64,000 nucleotides of DNA from Heterodontus francisci (lineage: Eukaryota): NCBI RefSeq assembly GCF_036365525.1, contig NC_090371.1, positions 36,315,387 to 36,379,386 of the forward strand, written 5' to 3'. Shown piece by piece: positions 12,805 through 25,111 of the stretch (positions are counted from its first letter, which is position 1; the number at the start of each line of letters is the position of its first letter). The notes beneath the pieces are model-generated. The model made no database searches, was not told where the DNA came from, and was given only the letters and a program-made list of their open reading frames with translations. Made by a program: the position numbers and the translations under genes.

Positions 12805-15800
12805 GTGTAGGGGCCCCAACAACCCCACTGCCTTGTGGGCGTCTCGGGAGAGACCAAGGCTAAGGGAGTAAACCCTAACAGAAAATCTGGAGCGGAACCC
12901 CGTAGGCGGTCATGTGTCACCTTTGGCATGTTTCCGGCAGTTCCTGCAGCCATACTGGTGCCAAACGTCGTGTCCTGCACTCCTTTGGACCCCACCAGAA
13001 AGGCCGAGAGGGGGGTTTTGACGACTGGGCAACTCTCAACCTCCATAAATTTGCCCAGGCATGCGCCATGGAGAGGTCACTCCATAGTTGCCTCACAGCG
13101 ACTGAAACAACACGGAAGGCAGCAGTTACGGGTTATAATTCCAGATAAATTGGCGTAGAAACTGGGCGCCACGGGTTGCCTTTGTCGGTGGGAGAGGTCA
13201 TTGCACCTCACTGGACAGCTACCGCCCGCCTCAAACCGGGCAGCCCCCGGTCAATAAGGTTCTGTCCCGCCACAGTCTGCCTGCTTCAATGGGTGCTTGG
13301 AGCTCAGGGTCATTGCCCGAAAGGTGGACTGATACACCGCACCAAACAACATGAAAAAAGGAAAGAAGGTACCAGCCCTTCGCTTTGCAAGCTGGAACGT
13401 CAGAACTATGTGTCCTGGCCTGTCGGAAGACCTTACACAAATCAACGATTCTCAGAAGACCGCCATCATTAACAACGAGCTCAGTAGACTCAATGTGGAC
13501 ATTGCAGCACTTCAGGAGACTCGCCTCCCCGCGAGTGGCTCTCTAGCAGAGCAAGACTACACCTTCTTCTGGCAGGGCAGGGATCCTGAAGAACCAAGAC
13601 AGCATGGAGTGGGCTTCGCCATCAGAAACTCCTTGCTCAGCATGATAGAGCCTCCCTCAAATGGCTCGGAACGCATACTGTCCATCCGACTGCTCACCAC
13701 CTCTGGTCCAGTACACCTACTCAGCATCTATGCTCCAACACTCTGTTCCGCACCTGAAGCTAAAGACCAGTTCTATGAACAACTCCATAACATCATTAGC
13801 AGCATCCCCAACACCGAACACCTATTCCTGCTGGGGGACTTTAATGCCAGGGTTGGGGCCGACCATGACTCATGGCCCTCCTGCCTTGGGCGCTATGGCG
13901 TTGGAAGGATGAATGAGAACGGGCAGAGACTGCTTGAGTTGTGTACCTATCATAACCTCTGCATCACCAACTCGTTCTTTCACACTAAACCCTGTCACCA
14001 GGTTTCATGGAGGCACCCAAGATCACGTCGTTGGCACCAGCTAGACCTCATTGTCACAAGGCGAGCCGCCTTAAACAGTGTTCAAATCACACGCAGCTTC
14101 CACAGTGCGGACTGCGACACCGACCACTCCCTGGTGTGCAGCAAGGTTAGACTCAGACCAAAGAAGTTGCATCATTCCAAGCAGAAGGGCCACCCGCGCA
14201 TCAACACGAGCAGAATTTCTCACCCACAGCTGTTACAAAAATTTCTAAGTTCACTTGTAACAGCCCTTCAAAACACTCCCACAGGGGATGCTGAGACCAA
14301 GTGGGCCCACATCAGAGACGCCATCTATGAGTCAGCTTTGACCACCTACGGCAAAAGTGCGAAGAGAAATGCAGACTGGTTTCAATCTCATAATGAAGAG
14401 CTGGAACCTGTCATAGCCGCTAAGCGCATTGCACTTTTGAACTACAAGAAAGCCCCCAGCGATTTAACATCCGCAGCACTTAAAGCAGCCAGAAGTACTG
14501 CACAAAGAACAGCTAGGCGTTGCGCAAACGACTACTGGCAACACCTATGCAGTCATATTCAGCTGGCCTCAGACACCGGAAACATCAGAGGAATGTATGA
14601 TGGCATGAAGAGAGCTCTTGGGCCAACCATCAAGAAGATCACCCCCCTCAAATCTAAATCGGGGGACATAATCACTGACCAACGCAAACAGATGGACCGC
14701 TGGGTTGAGCACTACCTAGAACTGTACTCCAGGGAGAATGCTGTCACTGAGACTGCCCTCAATGCAGCCCAGCCTCTACCAGTCATGGATGAGCTGGACA
14801 TACAGCCAACCAAATCGGAACTCAGTGATGCCATTGATTCCCTAGCCAGCGGTAAAGCCCCTGGGAAGGACAGCATTACCCCTGAAATAATCAAGAGTGC
14901 CAAGCCTGCTATACTCTCAGCACTACATGAACTGCTATGCCTGTGCTGGGACGAGGGAGCAGTACCCCAGGACATGCGCGATGCCAATATCATCACCCTC
15001 TATAAAAACAAAGGTGACCGCGGTGACTGCAACAACTACCGTGGAATCTCCCTGCTCAGCATAGTGGGGAAAGTCTTTGCTCGAGTCGCTCTGAACAGGC
15101 TCCAGAAGCTGGCCGAGCGCGTCTACCCTGAGGCACAGTGTGGCTTTCGTGCAGAGAGATCGACTATTGACATGCTGTTCTCCCTTCGTCAGATACAGGA
15201 GAAATGCCGTGAACAACAGATGCCCCTCTACATTGCTTTCATTGATCTCACCAAAGCCTTTGACCTAGTCAGCAGACGTGGTCTCTTCAGACTACTAGAA
15301 AAGATCGGATGTCCACCAAAGCTACTAAGTATCATCACCTCATTCCATGACAATATGAAAGGCACAATTCAACATGGTGGCTCCTCATCAGAGCCCTTTC
15401 CTATCCTGAGTGGTGTGAAACAGGGCTGTGTTCTCGCACCCACACTTTTTGGGATTTTCTTCTCCCTGCTGCTTTCACATGCGTTCAAATCCTCTGAAGA
15501 AGGAATTTTCCTCCACACAAGATCAGGGGGCAGGTTGTTCAACCTTGCCCGTCTAAGAGCGAAGTCCAAAGTACGGAAAGTCCTCATCAGAGAACTCCTC
15601 TTTGCTGACGATGCTGCTTTAACATCTCACACTGAAGAATGCCTGCAGAGTCTCATCGACAGGTTTGCGTCTGCCTGCAATGAATTTGGCCTAACCATCA
15701 GCCTCAAGAAAACGAACATCATGGGGCAGGATGTCAGAAATGCTCCATCCATCAATATTGGCGACCACGCTCTGGAAGTGGTTCAAGAGTTCACCTACCT

Positions 15801-16594
15801 AGGCTCAACTATCACCAGTAACCTGTCTCTAGATGCAGAAATCAACAAGCGCATGGGTAAGGCTTCCACTGCTATGTCCAGACTGGCCAAGAGAGTGTGG
15901 GAAAATGGCGCACTGACACGGAACACAAAAGTCCGAGTGTATCAGGCCTGTGTCCTCAGTACCTTGCTCTACGGCAGCGAGGCCTGGACAACGTATGCCA
16001 GCCAAGAGCGACGTCTCAATTCATTCCATCTTCGCTGCCTTCGGAGAATACTTGGCATCAGGTGGCAGGACTATATCTCCAACACAGAAGTCCTTGAAGC
16101 GGCCAACACCCCCAGCTTATACACACTACTGAGTCAGCGGCGCTTGAGATGGCTTGGCCATGTGAGCCGCATGGAAGATGGCAGGATCCCCAAAGACACA
16201 TTGTACAGCGAGCTCGCCACTGGTATCAGACCCACCGGCCGTCCATGTCTCCGTCATAAAGACGTCTGCAAACGCGACATGAAATCGTGTGACATTGATC
16301 ACAAGTCGTGGGAGTCAGTTGCCAGCATTCGCCAGAGCTGGCGGGCAGCCATAAAGACAGGGCTAAATTGTGGCGAGTCGAAGAGACTTAGTAGTTGGCA
16401 GGAAAAAAGACAGAGGCGCAAGGGGAGAGCCAACTGTGCAACAGCCCCAACAAACAAATTTCTCTGCAGCACCTGTGGAAGAGCCTGTCACTCCAGAATT
16501 GGCCTTTATAGCCACTCCAGGCGCTGCTTCACAAACCACTGACCACCTCCAGGCGCGTATCAATTGTCTCTCGAGATAAGGAGGCCCAAAAGAA
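12805..16594 (+). mobile_element. Full-length RTE-clade LINE
   Basis: About 550-nt 5' UTR, single intact ORF, short 3' UTR matching the 3' stubs at 25031 and 49728; 5' boundary approximate. Confidence 0.9.
13351..16542 (+). CDS. RTE ORF: APE endonuclease + reverse transcriptase + C-terminal Cys/His finger (1063 aa)
   Basis: ASWNVRT, LQETR, GDFNARVG, TDH; GVKQGCVLAP, LFADD; CSTCGRACHSRIGLYSH; uninterrupted. Confidence 0.95.
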   Translation: MKKGKKVPALRFASWNVRTMCPGLSEDLTQINDSQKTAIINNELSRLNVDIAALQETRLPASGSLAEQDYTFFWQGRDPEEPRQHGVGFAIRNSLLSMIEPPSNGSERILSIRLLTTSGPVHLLSIYAPTLCSAPEAKDQFYEQLHNIISSIPNTEHLFLLGDFNARVGADHDSWPSCLGRYGVGRMNENGQRLLELCTYHNLCITNSFFHTKPCHQVSWRHPRSRRWHQLDLIVTRRAALNSVQITRSFHSADCDTDHSLVCSKVRLRPKKLHHSKQKGHPRINTSRISHPQLLQKFLSSLVTALQNTPTGDAETKWAHIRDAIYESALTTYGKSAKRNADWFQSHNEELEPVIAAKRIALLNYKKAPSDLTSAALKAARSTAQRTARRCANDYWQHLCSHIQLASDTGNIRGMYDGMKRALGPTIKKITPLKSKSGDIITDQRKQMDRWVEHYLELYSRENAVTETALNAAQPLPVMDELDIQPTKSELSDAIDSLASGKAPGKDSITPEIIKSAKPAILSALHELLCLCWDEGAVPQDMRDANIITLYKNKGDRGDCNNYRGISLLSIVGKVFARVALNRLQKLAERVYPEAQCGFRAERSTIDMLFSLRQIQEKCREQQMPLYIAFIDLTKAFDLVSRRGLFRLLEKIGCPPKLLSIITSFHDNMKGTIQHGGSSSEPFPILSGVKQGCVLAPTLFGIFFSLLLSHAFKSSEEGIFLHTRSGGRLFNLARLRAKSKVRKVLIRELLFADDAALTSHTEECLQSLIDRFASACNEFGLTISLKKTNIMGQDVRNAPSINIGDHALEVVQEFTYLGSTITSNLSLDAEINKRMGKASTAMSRLAKRVWENGALTRNTKVRVYQACVLSTLLYGSEAWTTYASQERRLNSFHLRCLRRILGIRWQDYISNTEVLEAANTPSLYTLLSQRRLRWLGHVSRMEDGRIPKDTLYSELATGIRPTGRPCLRHKDVCKRDMKSCDIDHKSWESVASIRQSWRAAIKTGLNCGESKRLSSWQEKRQRRKGRANCATAPTNKFLCSTCGRACHSRIGLYSHSRRCFTNH

Positions 16595-17303
16595 TATTAA
16601 GTGGAAAGCGAAAGGTGTGTAACAGCATTGAACGGAAAACGCTACGCGTGGTAAGTGGTATGTTAAGAAAACAGGAAGTAAAACCGTAAACAGATGTGTG
16701 AAGAGATCATTGTAATACTGACACATCTAAATGTTTTCATATTACAGAACAAGCGTTAAGGCTATGATAAAGGACGTCTGTTTTTGTCGAGGAAGAACAG
16801 GAATAGACAGAATGTGAAAATGGATTAGGAGAAGGGCTGCTTTGCTACTATAAAGCAATCTTGTCTGGATTAATTGAAGAGGTGACACCTATATCATCAA
16901 TGGATATTTGGAAACGATTATAGATAGCTAGAGAAAAAGAAAAAATCTGAAGTGGAATCACTAAATCATCATATTATACCTCAAAGTGCAAAACCATTTG
17001 AACGTTATTATCTGAAATTTGATACTTATAAACAGCTACTAATCACAGCTGAGCAGATAGAAAACTTACCAATCAATACAAAAGTAGCATCGTTTTAAAA
17101 AGGAATTTGGCAGAAAATCAATCACTTCCCATTGGTTTCTACTGATCCTGATAAAAGATTCTCTGCCCAATGTGAATAGCTGGGGATTGATGACTAGCTA
17201 TCAATCTAGAGAGAAAGCTTCTCGCAACAATTAGCTTCTAGTTCAACAACTACACAACTTATATTTTGCTTTGCACCTATAGAGACATCTTACCACTTTA
17301 CAG

Positions 17304-17589
17304 TAAAATCAAAGCAAAATACTGCGGATGCTGGAAATCTGAAATAAAAACAAGAAATTCTGGAAATACTCAGCAGGTCTGGCAGCATCTGTGGAGAGAG
17401 AAGCAGAGTTAACGTTTCAGGTCAGTGACCCTTCTTCAGAACTAGCAAATTTTTATTTGCTTATAACCTTTTACATTTTTAATATGTGCTAGTTCTGAAG
17501 AAGGGTCACTGACCTGAACCGTTAACTCTGCTTCTCTCTCCACAGATGCTGCCAGACCTGCTGAGTATTTCCAGCATTTCTTGCTTTTG
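17304..17589. mobile_element. Inverted pair of Penelope-derived hammerhead repeats inserted as one unit
   Basis: - copy about 17304-17445 (intact core), + copy about 17455-17589 (GAAC variant); 14-bp TSD ttaccactttacag (17290-17303 / 17590-17603). Confidence 0.85.
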
Positions 17590-18858
17590 TTACCACTTTA
17601 CAGGATGGTGAACAAAGAATGGGCAAACAGCAGACAAGAGAAAGGAAAAAAATAGGTTTTGGTAACAACGCAAAATCACAATAACGGGCTTCTGAAAGCA
17701 GAGAGTGAGGGGACCAGGTCGAGATAATTAAGGAAGGGGGGAGAGGGGGGCAAAGTGGCTGAAGGAACTGGGGAGCACAGAATGAAGACCCAGGACAGGG
17801 GAAGAGAGTGCAACAATAAGCATGGAGCTAGAGGAGATTGGGGATGTAGGGGAGGGCAGAACCATAAAGGTATTTAACGATGAGATTCAGAATCTTAAAA
17901 GTATATTCTGGTCCGCCACAAAGAGCAATGAAGTTTGACAATGATAGGACGATAAGGGCATGGATTTTAATAAGAGTGAGAAGATATGCTACAAGTTCCA
18001 GATGACTTGCAGCTTACGGAGACCAAGAAGAGGAACATCGGAGGAAAAAAAGCCGTGAAGTGATCAGGGGGTGCATAAGGATTTTAGCAATAGACAAAGA
18101 GCAATATTTCAAAGGCGAAAGAAAACATTATTTGTGATATATTGCAAATGGGGAAGAAAACATCGTTCTCCCTTTCCTCAAGTCAGTGCCTTTATACCTA
18201 TTAGGATAGGATTACAAATACGTGAACACTCCTATCATGATCTCATGTAAAATATAAATATTATATTAATTTATTATAAGAACAACATGCGTTTCAATTT
18301 ACCATGAGTAATACAGTTGTAGATCCACTAATATGACCAAATAATATGGGAATCAGAGATTAAAGATACTAATTACTTTTGAAATTCAATGGAAATCGGG
18401 GAATTAGGGCAAGACTGTTTCTTGAGAAGAAAACAGCGGAGAGATCAGCTTTCATATAACATTGAGCAACAACTCTGCTAAGGAACAATCTAATGCAAGT
18501 AATGTAATTAGATTCAACCTTGTGGCAGATTTTGGATGAAATAATTTTAAAATAAACACAATTTGTTTTAAGCAAATTAAAGAAAATATGGAATAGAAAA
18601 ATAAAGAAAATCCGGGGATCAGCAGAAAAACAGAACATGAAGAGGGTGTAAACGATGCCTACCTTACAAAAGGATGGTTATTATATGGTTAATATTGAAG
18701 CCTTAACCATGAGTAAATCCATAGGTTAAATATAATTAGAGCAATATTTTTACTAACATTTTGCCATGGACTATAGATTTAGACTCCTAATAAGGTGCAC
18801 ATGGAATGATGGAATGTGGCTCCAAGTCCACAGTGATAAACTCCAGAGCTCAATACTT

Positions 18859-19200
18859 TATTTTTTTATTTTATTTTATTTAGAGATACAGCACTGAAAC
18901 AGGCCCTTCGGCCCACCGAGTCTGTGCCGACCATCAACCACCCATTTATATTAATCCTACATTCCTACCACATCCCCACCTGTCCCTATCACCTACCTAT
19001 ACTAGGGGCAATTTATAATGGCCAATTTACCTATCAACCTGCAAGTCTTTTAGCTGTGGGAGGAAACCGGAGCACCCAGAGAAAACCCACACAGACACAG
19101 GGAGAACTTGCAAACTCCACACAGGCAGTACCCGGAATTGAACCCAGGTCGCTGGAGCTGTGAGGCTGCGGTTGTAACCACTGCACCACTGTGCCGCCCT
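18859..19200 (-). mobile_element. HE1-type V-SINE
   Basis: tRNA head, V-domain (gtgtggagtttgcaagttctccc...ccggtttcctcccaca), CR1-like tail. Confidence 0.9.
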
Positions 19201-19210
19201 AGAGAATAAT

Positions 19211-19566
19211 TAGTTTTAGATTTTTAGTTTTAGAGATACAGCACTGAAACAGGCCCTTCGGCCCACCAAGTCTGTGCCGACCATCAACCACCCATTTATA
19301 CTAATCCTACACTAATCCCATATTCCTACCACATCCACACCTGTCCCTATATTTCCCTACCACCTACCTATACTAGGGGCAATTTATAATGGCCAATTTA
19401 CTTACCAACCTGCAAGTCTTTGGCTGTGGGAGGAAACCAGAGCACCCGGAGAAAACCCACGCAGACACAGGGAGAACTTGCAAACTCCACACAGGCAGTA
19501 CCCAGAATTGAACCCAGGTCGCTGGAGCTGTGAGGCTGCAGTGCTAACCACTGCGCCACTGTGCCA
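19211..19566 (-). mobile_element. HE1-type V-SINE (tandem neighbour)
   Basis: Same structure, directly adjacent to the previous copy. Confidence 0.9.
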
Positions 19567-19816
19567 TCCATTCTGGAGAATAATCAGAGAGTCACTACAG
19601 GAATAAGAGTTCAGCTAGAGTTACAGGCCAATAGATTTAATATAGTCTCATGCAATTGTTCTATGGATGACCCTGTTTCCTAATAGCATTTCTTTCTGAA
19701 GAACAAATTAAGGGAATGAAATGCTGAATCCTAGCTCTGATGACGTCTCACAACTGGAGTTATGCAGACATACAATAGCATAAATGAAGAGACTGCAGTT
19801 AGTCCTCCTGTCTTAC

Positions 19817-21117
19817 AAAGAACAAAGAACAGTACAGCACAGGAACAGGCCATTTGGCCCTCCAAACCTGCGCCGATCTTGATGCCTGCCTAAACTAACA
19901 CCTTCTGCACTTCCAGGGCCCATATCCCTCTATTCCCTTCCTATTCATACATTTGTCAAGATGTCTCTTAAACGTCGCTATCGTATCTGCTTCCACCACC
20001 TCCCCTGGCAGCAAGTTCCAGGCACTCACCACCCTCTGTGTAAAAAACTTGCCTCACACATCCCCTCTAAACTTTGTGCCTCGCACCTTGAACCTATGTC
20101 CCCTAGTAACTGACTCTTCCACCCTGGGAAAAAGCTTCTGACTATCCACTCTGTCCATGCCGCTCATAACTTTGTAAACCTCTATCATGTCGCCCCTCCA
20201 CCTCCGTCGTTCCAGTGAAAACAATCCGAGTTTTTCCAACCTCTCCTCATAGCTAATGCCCTCCAAACCAGGCAACATCCTGGTAAACCTCCTCTGTACC
20301 CTCTCCAAAGCCTCCACGTCCTTCTGGTAGTGTGGCGACCAGAATTGCATGCAATATTCTAAGTGTGGCCTAACTAAGGTTCTGTACAGCTGCAACATGA
20401 CTTGCCAATTTTTATACTCTATGCCCCGACCAATGAAGGCAAGCATGCCATATGCCTTCTTGACTACCTTATCCACCTGCGTTGCCACTTTCAGTGACCT
20501 GTGGACCTGTACACCTAGATCGCTCTGCCTGTCAATACTTCTAAGGGTTCTGCCATTTACTGTATACCTCCCACCTGCATTAGACCTTCCAAAATGCATT
20601 ACCTCACATTTGTCCGAATTAAACTCCATCTGCCATTTCTCCGCCCAAGTCTCCAACCGATCTATATCCTGCTGTATCCTCTGACAATCCTCATCATTAT
20701 CCGCAACTCCACCAACCTTTGTGTCGTCCGCAAACTTACTAAACAGACCAGCTACATTTTCCTCCAAATCATTTATATATACTGCAAACAGCAAAGGTCC
20801 CAGCACTGATCCATGCGGAACACCACTAGTCACTTCCCTCCATTCAGAAAAACACCCATCCACTGTTACCCTCTGTCTTTTGTGACTAAGCCAGTTCTGT
20901 ATCCATCTTGCCAGCTCCCCTCTGATCCCGTGTGACTTCACCTTTTGCACCAGTTTGCCATGCAGGACCTTGTCAAAGGCTTTACTAAAGTCCACATAGA
21001 CAACATCCACCACCCTTCCCTCATCAATCATCTTCGTCACTTCCTCAAAAAACTCAATCAAATTCGTAAGACACGACCTCCCCTTCACAAAACCATGCTG
21101 TCTCTCGCTAATAAGAG
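19817..21117 (-). mobile_element. CR1 LINE, 5'-truncated, RT region largely open
   Basis: ORF 20054..21229 -: QHGFVKGRSC, PHGSVLGP, FADD; (ttctttg)n-type tail. Confidence 0.93.
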
Positions 21118-22559
21118 TTAAGTGTCTTATTGCGAACATGTGAGGAAATAGCGAATAGGTTGAATTCCCATGCATAATTAATACAAGTTTTATTCTTCTG
21201 CGCTTGTTTGTGGAATGTGCGTGGACCAAATAACCAAGGTAAAATCTCTCTTGGAAGGTTCACTGAACCTGGAAACTGGTTTGCAAGCGCTAGCCTTTGA
21301 TTCCATTTCACAGTTAAACGTGAAGCTTCTACACATATTAAGGTCAACTATTAGGAATCATGAATAACGTATTAAAGCAAAACATCATTTTTTCCTGTAA
21401 TAGATTTTGCGTACATGTGGAAATCCTTTTATTTCCCACAGTATTGTAACTATCATATGATATATGTTTGTTTGAATGTTCTCAAGTTGATGGTGTACCC
21501 TGAATTCGCATTTGTTTGCTGGGTTAGTTGTTAAATCAGCAGCTTGTTGTTAAACAAAAATATCGAATATTACTATTTAATCAAAAAAAATTGTACATGG
21601 CACAGAAACAGGCCATTCAGCCGAGCTAATCCATGCCAGTGTTTATGCTCCACTTGAGCGTCCTCCCATCTTGCCTCATCTAAATCTATCATGGTAGTCC
21701 TCTATTTCCTTCTCCCTATGCTTGCATACCCTACCCTAAAATGCATCTATACTATTTGTTTCAACCACTGCCCATGTTAACAAGTTCCACATTCTCACCA
21801 TTCTTTGGGTAAAGAAGTTTCTTCTGAATTCCCTATTGGATGTCTTGGTGGCTATTTTATATTGATGGCCTCTAGTTATGCTCTAGCCTGCAAGAGGAAG
21901 CATTCTCCCTGTATCCACCCTATCAAAATCTTTCATAATTTTAAAGACCTCTATTAGCTCACCCCCTCAGCCTTTTTTTCAGAAGAGACCCTGTCAGTCA
22001 ACCCAGCCAAGCATTTCTAGTGTCATCCCTGTAAACCCAATGAACATTGCTGCAATTATCTGCCGTGTATTAGGCCCTTGTATTCGGTAAGTAATTTCAG
22101 TTAACCCCGGAAATTGTGATTAAATTTCCATTTAAGGTAATGCCCAAATGTTGAAACAAAGACCACACATTGCACACGTGTCGATTCATCTGAACTTGTA
22201 CAAGTACGTTGATAATGCAAACAACGACTGTCAGCCAAACGAAACGAGTTATAATTCAAGCAATACCCCATTCAAATAATACAACTCAAGCACTACACCA
22301 TTTTAGGTGGTATTGGGGACTCACAGATACATAGTCAATCTAAATCAGGTTTTCAGAGATATTTTGTCTGTTCCAAGTCCACGAATCTTATACTCTTTGA
22401 GGTGAGTTTAGATTTGTACAAATACCTTTTTTTTGTTGAAAAAAGCATCGATTTAGCGTATGCTTAAATGTGTTTTTCTAGTTTTTCTTTGTTGTTGTGA
22501 CAACGTAACAGAAATAAGTATTTGGTGTCGATCAATAGTTAATGTATTAGTTACACCTG

Positions 22560-22803
22560 AAAGTATAAAACGAGCAAACAACGCTGGCGTTTGAGATCCA
22601 GTCAGTTCAAGGTATTGCGATGTTGAACTTTTCTCTCGGTGTTCATGGAGGGTCTTTCACTCGTTAGAACATATCTAAACGCCTACAGAGGCAGTGACCT
22701 CACGTCCTGAGGCAGTGCAGTCACCGGTTGCTGCAGTGAGGGATCTGTTCCCCGCCTTGGTAACATCGCCTTGTAACAGGTGCCCCCCATCCACCGGAAC
22801 ACC
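22560..22803 (+). promoter_or_regulatory. Putative CD8A proximal promoter / 5' UTR
   Basis: Unique, CpG-retaining sequence just 5' of the ATG; TATAAAA at 22564, E-box CAGGTG at 22777. Confidence 0.4.
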
Positions 22804-22843
22804 ATGAAACTTCTCGGATTCCTCCTCGTCATCCGCCTGACAA
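22804..22843 (+). CDS. CD8A: CD8 alpha exon 1 (signal peptide MKLLGFLLVIRLT)
   Basis: Kozak-like acaccATGa, hydrophobic leader, phase-1 donor A|gtaagt at 22844; joins in frame to the V exon. Confidence 0.85.
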
Positions 22844-23454
22844 GTAAGTAATAATGCTCAATATTTTGCCTTCTCTTATTCGTCTCGCAAAGATTATGAT
22901 AATTTGACTATCTTAAAGAGGGGGTAGGAAAATACATAAATTTCGAACTGGCAGGAGACGGGCGGCAGATTACAACCGCGGCTTCACAAACAAAAGCAAT
23001 TGTCTTTACATCGATTCGTGCCGTTACTGTAATTCGAGATTTCAGTGGGTTAGCTATATTTTGTTAGATTTAGACTATCCGCTAATTTCCCTGCATCTTG
23101 TTGCAAAGGAGTTCCTGAAAGGGAAAAGACTTGCAGGACTGTGGGTTTAGAGCAAAGCAGTGGGATTATTTGGACAGCTCTTTTAAAGGGTGGAACGTCC
23201 TCCTGTTCTGGATGATTCTATTGCATTACCCTGGAAAATTCCATTCGTTGATAAATTATGTGGGGATGGGATTTCAACGCTGGCCTGGGAACAGAGCAAG
23301 TGTGAAAGATGGTCAGTTTACATCAACTTGGTAACGCTTGATATTAACATGCTTCGTGCTTTACAGTGTGAGTCTCACGGTGACGGATTCGTTGCTTTTC
23401 ATCCAAAAACTCCACACGAGGACTCGCTAATGTTAATGTTTGTATGCTTCGCAG

Positions 23455-23772
23455 CCATCGCTGAACAGGCTCCCTCGCTAAGAGTGGTGAAGAAAGGCCA
23501 GGACATTCCCTTGGACTGCTCACTGAAAGCAGACGAGGGAATCTATTGGTTCCGGCAGGGGAAAAGTTCGGGTCCGGTATTCCTGCTGTATGTAACTGGC
23601 GCGGGTAAAATAAAACCTGACAATATCACGAAATATAAAGCTACAAAGTCATTCAGGAAAGTTTCTCTGATGGTTAAAAATGTCATGACGGAAGATTCGG
23701 GGAACTACTATTGTCTCATGGTGAAGAACATGGCCATGATATTTGGAAAAACCATCGATTTGAAACTAGAAG
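23455..23772 (+). CDS. CD8A: CD8 alpha exon 2 (IgV domain, TIAEQAPSLRVV...YYCLMVKNMAMIFGKTIDLKLE)
   Basis: 318 nt phase 1-1 exon (tcgcag| ... G|gtcagt); B-strand Cys (LDC), YWFRQ, PVFLLY, DSGNYYC and N..MIFG, typical of CD8 alpha V domains; lies within ORF 23190..23780. Confidence 0.9.
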
Positions 23773-23978
23773 GTCAGTGAAGATCTGGGGAAAATGTCAT
23801 TGAGTAAAAAACAAAACCGTGTCCTTTTTAATCCATTAAATTATACCCTTAATACTTAATATTTCACACATATTGAATAGGTGGTATAAATTAACTCAAC
23901 CTCTATATTTATTTTTCACTAACTATCACATTGTTAATTTTATGTACCTTTTTTAATTTACTTATTAAATAAATGCAG

Positions 23979-24083
23979 AACCTAAAAGCACACCAAAGCC
24001 AACGACCATCCCCATTACAACGAAAGCAAAATCAACCACACCGGAGAACAAAGAGACGACTCAGTGCCATTCGACTAAAAGAG
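23979..24083 (+). CDS. CD8A: CD8 alpha exon 3 (stalk EPKSTPKPTTIPITTKAKSTTPENKETTQCHSTKR)
   Basis: 105 nt phase 1-1 exon; Thr/Pro/Lys-rich O-glycosylation-type stalk with one Cys. Confidence 0.88.
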
Positions 24084-25030
24084 GTACAAACCAGGCTTTC
24101 ATCACACTGAATCCCTCGGTCATATTAATTCATATTAAAACCTCTCCGGAGGCAAAATTCATGTTCCAGTTATTATGATACTGTGATTGCTATGTCCCGC
24201 GCCATCCTAAATGTCTTTGTGAAGATTCCTATGTAGATTGTTAGAACCATAGAAGTTGGAGGAGGAGGTCATTCGGACCATCATGGCTAGGCTTGTTCTT
24301 TCCCAGAGCAGCCCAAAATTAATTCCACTGCCTCATTTTTACACTCTCCGGGACCCTGTATCTTCAGTTTCACTTTTTTAAAAATCAATTTACCCTAAAA
24401 TATGCAACGACGCATGTCTGAAGCATTCTCTGTGACAAAACATTCCCAACAACCACTGAGGAAAGAGATTTCCCCCAACTGCTTCACTCTTAGTAACATT
24501 TTTATTTTCTTATTCATTCGTGGGATGTGGGTGTCGTTGGCATTTAATGCCCGACCTCCATTGCCCTGCCGCCTTCTCGAACCGACGGCCTTCTACACCG
24601 ACTTGCCAACCAGAGAAACTAGTTTCTCCCTCGTTATTCTAGCAACATTTTTTAATACCGATACATTCCGTCTAACCTTCTCTCTCCAAGTATCCCAAAT
24701 CCCTCATCACAACTCTAGCTTGCCAAATCTGACATCATCTTGGGGAATGCGCGCTGCAGCGGGTAGAGGAAATCCTCTCAAACCCAGTCAGCATGTTGCT
24801 ACTTAGAAGGATCACAGTCATTCTTACCCCCCGCGTTAGCATCAATATTCAATAACTTACTGGCGAAGTAGGAGCGGAGATTCTCTCTATGGGAAATGGG
24901 TAACACTGTTCTATACAAATGGCTTTACCATTTCAATCCATAGCCTCACCCAATGTGTATGGGCTGGGGCTGAAGAACGCTTGGGTTGTTTGCCTTCCTT
25001 TATATGTTAATTGAAGATTTGATTGAAATC

Positions 25031-25111
25031 TTCTTCTTTCTTTTGGGCCTCCTTATCTCGAGAGACAATGGATACGCGCCTGGAGGTGGTCAGTGGTTTG
25101 TGAAGCAGCGC
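25031..25111 (-). mobile_element. RTE 3' stub
   Basis: Reverse complement of about 16520-16594. Confidence 0.8.

Noticed and set aside
12780-12870. Possible HDV-like ribozyme at the RTE 5' end (gccttg...gtctc-ggga-gagac-caaggc hairpin followed by taagggag)
   Set aside because: A P4/J4-2-like part is visible, but I could not build P1, P3 and P1.1 by eye; needs a descriptor search
12439-13158. Pro-rich and Gly-rich ORFs
   Set aside because: By-products of the C-rich tract and the RTE 5' UTR; no domain features
23190-23454. N-terminal 88 codons of the 196-aa ORF containing the V domain
   Set aside because: Intronic read-through: a branch site and acceptor precede 23455 and a proper leader exon exists at 22804
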